From NCBI GenBank assembly GCA_047495785.1, contig JBLDXI010000017.1, positions 1,612,001 through 1,676,000 of the forward strand: a DNA stretch of 64,000 bases, read 5' to 3'. Each line of letters begins with the position of its first letter. The first letter of the stretch is position 1. Made by a program: the position numbers and the translations under genes. Under the pieces are notes generated by a model that saw only the letters and a program-made list of their open reading frames with translations, did no database searches and had not been told where the DNA came from. Shown here in pieces: positions 24,717 to 35,754 of the stretch. The stretch comes from Lepidodermella squamata. Taxonomy: Eukaryota; Animalia; Gastrotricha.

Positions 24717-27700
24717 TCACGCGTCGCCAGTCAACGCTGTAACGTCTTGCGCGTCGCGGCAGCTGCAAAACGGGAACGGGCCGCCGCAACACGGCTGCAG
24801 CCAAGGTCGCCACATTTGGTAGTACCAATCGAACTGGCTCGGAATATTCGGATCAATGGTCTTCTCCTGCTCTTCGACTGCCTTTTCAATCATAGCTCGA
24901 AGGTCCTTGTACAATTTCGACGACGGATCGATTGGTTTTCGCTCGATTTCGTCGTCATCCGCTAAATCGTAGAGGATAGGCGGGTTTTGGCGATGAGCGG
25001 ACCCGCAGCGGCACAAGAAATAGCACTCCTCAGTGCCTTCGATGTAGTCAGGCATATAGAAATGTAGCTTGTATATATGATTCGAACCGGCCGGAATATA
25101 CCTATAATAACGAAAATCAATCAAAATTGATATGAAATTGAAATTAGTTTTCAATTTTTGGAAACTTATCGACGAATAAATTGGAAATTATCGAAACCCA
25201 AATTAAACCTTCTATGCTAAATATCGAAATATCGAACAATATAAACTCTCGTCTCCCCTCTAAACAAGCTTAGTCGATTAAAATCTCATCGAATCGATAA
25301 GTTTTGTCGAATTGAACTGTGACTGTCGCCTCCCGCCTCGGACGCGTTGCCTACCAAAACACGCTGGAATGTATTGCGGTGCACGAAGTCACGTGCGTGA
25401 CGCCCTACGAGCTCGTTTTTGTTACCCGGCTCGACGCTGGCCTCGGCGCTGGCCTCGACGCGCCCTGGCAGGACGCAGGATGCAAATTTCAGATACCGCG
25501 GACCTCACACGAACTTACTATTCAAAGCTCTAGGTGCCCTGAAGGATTCTAATGCGGAATGTTGTCAGTAGACGCAATAGCCATTTCGTCAGGGCTGGAA
25601 ATTATCGACAAGGGGAATACTATTGTTGGAATGTCACTTGAAAAACCCGGCGAGCCACCAAAGCAGTACTCCTCTTTCGGCCTGAATTTTCCGGGAACGA
25701 TACAGTTGTAAACATAGCCAACTATCCTATGTGTGACTTTCCCGATTCTTTCGTCGCAAAGTTCTTAAAAAAATGCCATTAAGCGTCTATACGAAACAGA
25801 AACCACGATAACTGCTATCGCTGCCACTTGAGACACCACTTGGGAAAATCGCGTTGGTAAATGACGAACAAAATTTCGCCATTTTAGATTTTTTGAGAAA
25901 TCAAAATAAATCAACTTTCAACGTCAAGATATCTCTCTATAGACTTCGAGACAAATTCGAGCCCAAGCCGTATAAGGTAACGGCTTGGTTCCATATGCTC
26001 CTGACGAAAAGATGATGAGGTACATGAAAAATCAACGCGGCGACGTAGTCCTTCGCCACCACGAAATCGTTCGCAATATTTCCAAACCCGGCGCCAATGA
26101 AGCCGATCTTGTTCGGCCGCCAGTTCTGAGCGATGGTTCGTCGATGGAACTTTCAAATGTGTCCCCGCTATATTCTTTCAGTAGTTAGCTTTTCAGTCTC
26201 TGGTCGAACAGAAGTTTGCAGTGCATAGTGGCTTTGTTTTGATGACTAATAAAACATCGGAACTGATCATGGCTGTTTTCAAATACCTTCGAAGTGAAAT
26301 GGAGAGGCTTTGTCAGATTGCTGTCACTCAGGCAACTTGCGGATCCGAAATAGCTACTCTGCTGGAACCTAATTAAAATGTTACGAAAGCCCTCCCATGT
26401 TTTCTCATAGACGAAAATATCAAAAAAATTAGAAAATTAGAAGAAATATTTGACTGTAATTCTGTAACGAAAAGATCAAAACTTTACGAAGTTACCATCT
26501 AACTCTCATTATTGATCTTTGAAGACGACAACAAATTCATTTTTTCAATTTCTCATTTTCAAAATCATTTTTCCTAAATAAGTTATTTTTCCTTTGGTAC
26601 CGAAACAATAAATGTATTCCTCTAAAAATAAATTTGCTTACCTGACGGCGTGAACCGTATCACCGCAGTAATGGAAGAAGATATTGTGTAGCTCAGGCGC
26701 CGATGGACTGGGCGATTTCAACAGCGGCAGCAAGTCCTTGCCATCAACAATGCGGTCATTCTTCAAATTCGCCGGCTGTTTCACCAAATTAGCAATAGTC
26801 GCATAGATATCCATATTGGTCGTAACCTGCCGCACCTCTTTACCACCGGCTGGTATCACGCCGCGATAACGAATCAGCCCAGGGATTCGAACAGCCCCTT
26901 CAAGGCCGCTGTGAAATTTACCGCCGCGTAGCTTGCCGTTATAGCCGCCATGGCGACTGCCATCAATACCAGTCTCCTCGACATGAGCCGCGTTATCACT
27001 GCCGAAATACACGAACGTATTGTCTCCGACGCCGAGTTCGTCGAGAATGTCCAACATTTTGCCAACCGACCAGTCCAATTCTTCTACGGCATCACCGTAC
27101 GGCCCGAATTTCGTCCGATTTTTGAACTGAGGCATTGTTATCAAGGCAGTGTGAACTTGAATCCAACTCATAACGACGAGAAATGGCTTATTTTCCTGCA
27201 CTGATTTTTCGATGAATTTAACACCCTCGTTGACGAGACGCGGGCTGAGATCGGTTAGGACAATTGGTTGTTCGACGACGTCGTATTCTCGCAATAGCAC
27301 GCTGTTAAGGAGGCGCAGGTTGTCGAAAAGCAGATAAACCGTGCCGGGAATGAAGGAAAACAAGATAAAGAATAGTAAGACGGCAAGAGGGTGAAAGCGC
27401 CAGTAGATGAGTAGAATTGTGGCAAAAATTCCGAGGATCGCGCCGTTGCCAAGAGCCATGGCGACATGAGGCTGGTTTCGCCAGAGAACAGCTAGACCAT
27501 CGTCGCCAAAGTCGTGTAAATTGGTTAGCGGAAGACCGTAGTAGTAATCGAAGCCCAATTTCATTGGGTGGTGACACCAGTCGTCGTAGGTTTCACAAAA
27601 CAAACCCAAATGCCATTTACCTGAAAAATTCAAAAAAATCCATCTTAAAAAATTTAATTTCGAAATTTCAAATTTTTTAATTTGAATAATGAATAAAGGT

Positions 27701-28264
27701 TAAATTATTATACTTATTTATTTACATTTCAGTCTCGGTTGTCCGGGAGTACGTGAATGAATGTTTTCCCGAAATTAAAAAAATTTCGCAATTTCAAATT
27801 TTTAATCGATTAAATTGACGAAAATTTTAGTAAGAAATTTTAGGAATTTTTCAATTTTCGAAATTATTTCGCTTTGTTTTACCGATCAAGGCTGTGTTGT
27901 AGCCGGCGCGTTGGGCAAGATGAGCAAACGTAGTCTCGTTATTCGGAATTCCACCGGTTCCGCCGAGAAAAATGTTCACCGATAATATACCAGTCGGCAC
28001 CATTCCGAACCGTTTCGGGTATCTGCCCGTGAAAAAAGCGGCCCGGTTTGGTGTACAAACAGAATCAGCCGTCACGTGTTGCGTCATGATAATGCCTTCT
28101 TTCGCTATGCTGTCAATCCTTTTCGTCTTCAGTGTATCGTTTCCATAGCAACCAAGATCAGCCGCTCCGAGATCATCAGCTAACAGCACCAATATATTAG
28201 GCAGCTTTTGCGCCGAAAACAACAAAGGTAAAAACGTCAAAATAAATACAGAATAACGTAACAT
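24717..28264 (-). CDS. Steroid sulfatase / arylsulfatase (STS-ARSD/E-like); exons 28264-27883, 27620-26642, 25101-24717
   Basis: PNILVLLADDLG, CxPxR motif CTPNRAAFFTGRY, GKWHLG across a splice, twin hydrophobic helices typical of STS, C-terminal 'WLQPCCG..PFCSC'. Confidence 0.92.
26040..26365 (+). mobile_element. Degenerate Mutator (MULE) transposase fragment in sulfatase intron 2
   Basis: Manual translation: RWFVDGTFKCVPAIFFQ*LAF...GFVLMTNKTSELIMAVFKYL...CGSEIATL. This matches the MULE DGTF..P..F.QL / LM..K / DFE.A pattern, with an in-frame TAG at 26182-26184. Confidence 0.75.
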
Positions 28265-28353
28265 TTTCTGCGTCCTAAAAAATTTGAAAATTTTATAGAA
28301 AATTCATAAATTTATGAAAAAAATTGCAAATTGACATTCACATAAATAGCACG

Positions 28354-28980
28354 CTAGTTTTGCTGATTCATTTTTTTGAGACGCTCCATCAACACGTCTT
28401 TCCAGTCGCCCTCCTGGATTTCACTAGCCCACGCTGGTATGTTTTCAGCCGGTAATTGGAATGACCCGATGCACTGCTTTATCTCTTCGCATTTTTCATT
28501 TTGCAGCGATAAATTTTGCGGAGGATTTGAAGATGAAGGTCCAGGTTCTGTCCAGATGGTTGCGAATTCCTGTTTTGAATGCCTTTCAAAGTTGCTATTT
28601 TCCGGTTTGTGAGATTCGTCGATTTGAGGCTCAGCCTCGTCATCGTTCCACTCAAAATTCATTTGAACAGCAGACATGGGACCGGAAATTTCTTCACTAT
28701 TGTCAATATTTCCGCCGGCGAAATCCGAATCTGAATCGGTTGAGGCTTCGAAATCCGATGAATCGTCATTGTCGTTGATGTTATGAGCTAGCGGCAGGTT
28801 GTTTTGCGCGAGAAGTTGATAACCAACAGGCGGAAGCGCATCGATTTGCTGCACTTCGATGATTTCCGCGTCAACAAGCCCGTTGCCGCCCATCACAACA
28901 TCTTCGCTGCCCGACGACAAGCCGCCGTCGACACTTTTAGACGTTTCTTTTTTCAATTGCGCGTCATCGGGCAGTGTCAT
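28354..28980 (-). CDS. MEA1: Male-enhanced antigen 1 homolog (intronless)
   Basis: Acidic protein with 'GYQLL' and C-terminal 'IKQCIGSFQLPAENIPAWASEIQEGDWKDVL', matching the MEA1 family signature. Confidence 0.8.
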   Translation of the reverse strand: MTLPDDAQLKKETSKSVDGGLSSGSEDVVMGGNGLVDAEIIEVQQIDALPPVGYQLLAQNNLPLAHNINDNDDSSDFEASTDSDSDFAGGNIDNSEEISGPMSAVQMNFEWNDDEAEPQIDESHKPENSNFERHSKQEFATIWTEPGPSSSNPPQNLSLQNEKCEEIKQCIGSFQLPAENIPAWASEIQEGDWKDVLMERLKKMNQQN

Positions 28981-31220
28981 TTTCACAGCTTTAATTCGCC
29001 TAATTTCAAAACATTTCATCACTATATTATAGTAAAAAGACGCACGACTCTAGAACACTTTTTTATTTATTATTTTAGAACACCTTCTCAAACGCACAAA
29101 TCTTCTGTTGTTGTAAATAGAAATCATTCATTCATTCATAATATACGTATAATATATTTTTATATCGAGCCGGAATTTATTGGGCCTCGACTTGTATCGG
29201 CAATACGCGCGCGATGGATCGAAAAATTCCACCTCAATATTTCCGATAAAGAATTATTATTACAATAATAAACAGCGAGTTCATGAAAAGTTTTGTGGTT
29301 TCGTTTTTTCCGTTTTTACCAATCCATCATCTTCATCTTGAAGAGAGCGAAAGAGAGAGAAGACAAGCACACACGCACACGAAACGACGAGAGAGCAGAG
29401 GCGTTATAAAACTTTGGTGTCTCCGCTTCTTCTAGATATGCAACGCCTAAAACTAGGTAGTTACAAATTGCGCGGAACATGGATATTTGATAAAAATAAT
29501 TCCGACGCTATTTCAAAGGATTGAATCTTCCAACTAGAATAATTCCGATATCAATTTCATAACAAGAACAAGATTAAGTGAAATAACGTCGAGAACAATA
29601 AGTTGAAATACTAGTTTCAAGAAATTTTCGGACTGAGAAATTTATAACGCAAATTTGAGAGCAGGAAACACGAGAAACGCGAGAAGTCACTAACTCGTTA
29701 TCTCAAGACCACGCCACCATCATGTTATCTTATAAATGGGCACTGAAGCTGAAGTAAATTCATCATTAATCATACAGTACATAACAGGCAAGCTTTTCAT
29801 GTTCAAGTGGAGCAGTGTTAATTTACGTTTACTAAACGGTCAAAAAACATTCATGCCAACAATATCTATAAGATTTTTTTTAACAATTTCCGCGAGCTGA
29901 ATTCCACATCTCCACGCGTTTTGGAATTTTCGCGAAAAACCAGACACGAGAGCAAGCATTCAAAGAATCTTTACCAACGTTACAACATCTAAAAGAAGCT
30001 AAAAACGACCCTGGTATGATTTGGTTAGGTCTTTCGTGGAAAGAGCAATATGTTGTCTACATGATCCGAATTTGAAACGTCGGCAATACAATAAAACAGC
30101 CTCGAATAAATGAAACTATTCGAATAATTAGAGCTATTTCGAAAATGTAGAAATTCTCGACTTCGGAGCAGAATTTTGGGCAACATTTAACGGCTACATG
30201 AATGCGATTAAAAATGGCATTTTCACTTCTTGGAATAGCGGTTCTCGCGTATGTGTGCGTGGGGCGTGAAAGCGGTTTGTGAGCCTAGGTAGTCGTAAAT
30301 TAATGCGTATATCATCAATTAATAAGTATAACAATACAAATAAGAATATAGACGAATGAATTGATCGGAAAAAAGAAAGATATACCGCCTCTGCAGTGAA
30401 GGCGTTTCCGCCTTAACGTATTTTTCGAGAGAAGAAACATCAAACTAATGGTATACCGCGGCTGACTATATTTCATCATCATGACTATTGTAGAGCAATA
30501 GGGCGCGCGTTATCGATCAGAAAAGTAGGTGTAATTTGTACAATTTTCTGTCTAAATAAGTGAGTGAAACAAAGTAAGAAATTTGAGGACAGACCGGGAT
30601 TAAATGTATACGTGATTTTCGGGTTTTGTTTCTCTCTCTTTAGGCTAAATAACTTGATTTGAACAGCGCAAATTGTAGTAATATAATAATAATTATTCTT
30701 CTGGCATCGATAACAAGATAATATAACACCAGCATCACAAGAAGTCAATTGTGCTTTTTTTCATGTGTAGTAAAGTAATTTTTACCTTCATTCTACAGCT
30801 GGTACAAATCATCTCAAAATATCATTAGTTCAACTGCAGGAAGCGAGACTCGGCAGCCTCGAGGAAATAACATACAAATCGGGTCAGTTTTGTTTTAAAC
30901 AAAGTGATAATTATATTAGGTGAAGGATGATATCAGCAAGCCACCTGAAAAATGGCACGCACGAAGAAAATGAAGGTACGTGATGTTTAGATTTTTCTAT
31001 ACAAGAAGAATTTTTGAATGGTGAGAAGAAAGGCGAGCGTTGCTTTCCTCGGAACTTTGCTTTCGAAAAAACTTCAATAAATAATAAGCAAAAAAATTAA
31101 TTCAAGGGACTGCGAATTTGCGTAATAACACGGTTACGACACATAAAGTGGCAATGGGATTTTAGTTGTTTATATACGCGTGTTTCTTAATGTTTAGAAT
31201 TATCATCGAAGATATTATAA

Positions 31221-34200
31221 TCACTGCGCATCGGGATACGCCGTTTTCAGAAAGTCGTCGGGTCGCTTGTGCTGCTCGATGGCGCGCACCGTGGCGAAAT
31301 CGTGCGGCAGCTCAGACTTCCGACGAAGCAGCGTTTTTTCCTTCTGCTTGTCTTTTGTCTTGTTAATCTCTTCCGCCTCGGCCTTCAGCTTTTGAAGTTC
31401 TTCGGCGGTCACGCCAGTTTCGGGCGCAACCGAGGCTGTCGGCGCGGCCGCTGCAGGCGTGTTCGAGGCGAGGGTCGGCTCTGAAAGAGCACGGTCGAGT
31501 ACGCTGAACGCGTACGGCGAGAAGGGATCGGGTGTGTTTCGCGGGGCAAGACGCTGTTGAGCGATCAGTTGTTGGTACTAAACAAAATTCAATTTATGAA
31601 AAATCCACCATAAAAAAATAGTCATCAACATTTCTTATGAAAACGACGACGACGCATTATTTTCTTGATAAATAATTTCGAAGATAATGATTTTCTCTTT
31701 GGTTTCAAACATTTATTTGAATCGCATCGAACTAAAAATACCAAATTTAAACAATAAATTGAAATTTGTAACCTCAAAATTCTGGGTTTTTTACTGTTTG
31801 CTATTTAATGATTGAAAGGCACTCACATTAGGATTCTTCTTGGCCAAATCATCGAGTTTACGCCACCTTTCGGCACGTTGAACCAACCGTTCGCGTTCGC
31901 TGTAAATGGGAAAGCGGAAACAATTAGAAATCGTGTCGAAAAATGAACCGGAAATCTTGTGACTGCGTCAACAGGAAATGAGATGCAAATTCATCAGGTG
32001 CTTACCGTTCTCGTTGAAGCTTTTGCTGCTGCGATAATTCGTCGAACAGTTTTTGATTCATGTCCATGAATAATTTCAAGGCGTTGTAAATCAAGCCGTG
32101 AATCGTCTTGTTCCAATGATTCTTAGTGCGGTACAATGCAGGGAAAACAATTGGCAAAATCTCCTGGACGTTATCCGCCATTAAATGCACAATATATTCG
32201 TTGTTCCAGTAGTATAAGACCCGTTCAGCCACCTTAAGTAAAAATATTATTGTTATTTTTCACTCTTTTTCATATTTTTTCGTCAATCATGCCTGGAAAT
32301 GGGGGCTGGATATACATCGAGAAAGTTGAACAAACAAAGGCTTCATGACTTTTTTGAACTCTTGTGGCTCCATCACGTCGAGAATCTCCTCTAGCTCGTT
32401 CAGGAACATGACCTCCTTGGGGCTATGCACTTTCGGCCAGTATCTGAGCAAACCTTTGACGACCTGTAAGTAGGACACATTAATAAAAATTATGCCATAT
32501 TATATCGAACTAGTTCGGATCATTCAGCGCTCGCGTCAAGTGAAAGCGGGCGCCTCCTCTCAAGCACATGACTCGACGAACAATGCAGCAGATTTCAATT
32601 AAGATTGGCATTCAGGGTCAGTTTCAATGCCTGCGTCGTTATATCCATACGTGCGCGCTGGCAAATAATCAATTGCCGTGGCGTAAAAGAATCACGCCTA
32701 TGCAGTACATCGCTAGGCAGATGAAAAATAAACGCACTAATACATAGTACTGTTGCATAATAATTATTATTATTCGCATAGCGGAGCACCCGTATAATCC
32801 GTCGCTGCTGCGAGTAAAATAAAAAACGTATAAAAATGACGAAATATTTAGGTCCTAGCTCGAGGTACTTTGGTTACTCTTAGCGCGATAGAAAAAACGC
32901 CGAGTATATGCTGGAGTGGAGACTATGCCACGCCACATGAGGCACAAAAATTGTAGCATATATATTCGCACACATACTTATGTATCGACAACAATGCGCT
33001 AATTTGATGATGCATGAAGAGTTTTGCTCGTGTTTGCTTGAAAAGGCCCTGTACTATATATTCAATTTTAGCGACCCAGCTATTTGACAAAGATGCGCAT
33101 TTCAGACTCGAGTAGTGGTAATATTGATATAAGCCAAAGGGCGCCGGGGACTGCGATTTCGTTCGGTCAAAAAGGAACAGAAAAAATCGATTGCGCGCTC
33201 GCAGTCCAGACTATGTTTGTCGTAAACTTCGTAAGTGTCTATAAAACTTAAATGGAGAGAGAGACTGAGGGAAAAGCCGCCTACTGCATAATAAAATGAA
33301 TCCAACTTAAAAAATCTAACAAACCGGTTCAGTAAGGGCTGGGTCCTTTTCGAGGAACTGCACAACACAGTAAGCGAGTTGAGGGTGATAAACGGATAGC
33401 GATTTGACTTTGTGCAACGGAATGAGAACTCGCTTGAGAAATTCTTTGTGCTCCTCCTTAAGCGGAAGAGCGAAACCGTTGATGATAGAACCAAGAATTT
33501 CGAGTAACTCGGCAACACCATTGTGATGCTCGGTCTCGTAAATGAACCGGAAGAATGCGTTGTTGATTTGCTTGCGAATATACGCTCGGAGGCCGAGGAA
33601 TTTCCCGTAAATGCGATGGAGGATAGTTTTTAGATAGTCGCGTTCACGAGGATCCTCCGAGTCGAATAGCTCAAGTAGCTGCAGCACAAACCGTTGGTCG
33701 ATATAACGTTTGGCAATATTCGGCTGGAAATCTGGAGACTCGACAAATCGAAGGAAAAATTCATACACCAGTTGCAGATGAGGCCAACTGGCTTCTAAAG
33801 TAGGCTCGTCTTCCTCTGGATCGAATTCGGCACCGGTCGGATTCGACATTGGAGGCAACGCGCGGAATACATTGCCAGAAAACTATGGAAATAATCGGCT
33901 TGATTAAGCTTTAATTACAAATGGCAAGACTTACCATATTTATTGCTTCTGGATAGATGGGTTCTGTGATAACACCTTTAGATCCCTGTACATACTCGAT
34001 CAGCTCGTTGAGAGTAGATCTCTTTACTTCCTTCCATTTCAAATCAGACAGGGGATCTTGGATGAAATCAAACATCACGCAACACTGCCGTATTTTCTGA
34101 ATGAATAAGTCCTCCCGTTCTGCCGCTGGAGCATCTACGAACCAAACGATATCGTAGAAACATTGCTATTATTTGCGGCTAAAATACATACCTTTCAGAA

Positions 34201-34677
34201 GTGTCAGCTTTTGCAATTCCCGATTTTGCGAAACATTAAATCGCGAGGAACCTTGCCGCTTTTCCTTCCTGGCGCCGAGAGGATTGATCCGATCCATTGC
34301 ACCCTTAATAAGGGGTACTGGGGGAGGATGTGACGCTTGGCCGTGTGGCCGCTTCTATTACAAAGAAAACATTTAAAATCGTTTGTGAAGAGTATCATCA
34401 GAGTGCTCCTTACGTCGCCGTCAGCACCAGAAGCCGAGGCAGATGTGGAACCGGTAGATTGAGCAGAGGCAGGGGTAGTGTTCGCCGATGGCGGTGAACC
34501 AGAATTTCCAGCAGTTTTAGAGCTAGCAGAGTTACTTGCGGGAGTGGCAGATGGAGCTGTGGGTTTGGCGGCACTGCTTTTGGCATCTGCTTTCGCATCT
34601 TTAGAATCCTTTTCTTTTTCCTTCTCCTTGCCCTTGCCCTTTCCCAAGGAGGGCATTTTCAAACCCAAGCTCGACAT
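31221..34677 (-). CDS. PP2A regulatory subunit B56, gamma/delta class (PPP2R5C/D, wrd-like); about 8 coding exons
   Basis: [50 protein letters not shown]|VAER, C-terminal LRRKSELP. Confidence 0.95.
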
Positions 34678-35754
34678 CAAAATAGCCTTTTGATGTTTCC
34701 TTCAATCAGCTTATATTTCTAGAAAAAAAGATTCTGTAATATAACAGCCCTCGATAGCACTCGTAGCTTTCGAGATCCACAGCGGATAACAAAATCACAC
34801 AACTTGCCACAGCTCCTCAATTAACAACGCAAATTTCGATATGAATCTAAAACCTCACAATTGCAACAACTGTTCGACGGCTCATTCAAAACTAAATCCA
34901 ATCCTAAATCCAAATAATGCATACTGGCAACGAAACCATAAAAAAAGCATGAAAAAGCAGTGCCAGCTGAAGTAAAAATTATCACCTAGTTGCCAATATT
35001 CTCGACATGTAGAAATATGGCCCAAGCAGACAATAATAAAATGGTCCTCATTCCTTTTCCCACATTACACAGAGTACAGTCCACAGTTCACAGTTCACAG
35101 GTGAATAGTGTGGGCGAAAATAGCCGCACCAGCACACAGCACCCTACTGCCAGCAGCTTTCGGGAGTTGACCATTTTAGGGGTGCGCGATTTTTCTTCGA
35201 AACCATAAAAACGACATATAAAATTATAAAATTTGCAAGTGATTATTAAAAATGAATTTTAAGCATTTGCCATTTTTGTATTTTGATGTTTAAATTTGGC
35301 GCGCGCTAAAAGTGCCCGGAGCAGCCGCGCAAGTTTTAGCCCTTGCTTCCCGATGGGTCCCGCCAGCCTTCGTGAGGAATAACTTTTGGCTATTCATAGC
35401 TCGTGGCTAGATGAAGTTCATCGTTCTCTATACTCTATAGCGTACTTTACTTCAAGCAGGGTCAAGTTTGTTCTGCGAAAAATCTGTAAAAGGCGATTTT
35501 CTCCATGTTTGCGTTCTGCAGTTGACAAACTAACTGTCTTTTGTCTTTTTCCTGTTCTAAGTAACCACCTACCACCTCTACTCAGCCAAAAGCAGCAAGG
35601 CTTTGCCAATTTACGAGTGCGCGTTATTATTCTCTTTATCAAGTTGAAGCAAGCCTGGACCTTAAAGCTCTTATTTCCTACATCCAATATCCAATTCATA
35701 TTTGCAATATGCTTTCTAGATTAGAGATGGTTTATACCTGTTGAGAAGTCTTTG

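Noticed and set aside
28804-29268. 154-aa plus-strand ORF and similar antisense or overlapping ORFs (e.g. 33102-33521, 35386-35724, 52791-53225)
   Set aside because: Shadows of real genes or AT-rich non-coding sequence, with non-ATG starts and no motifs.
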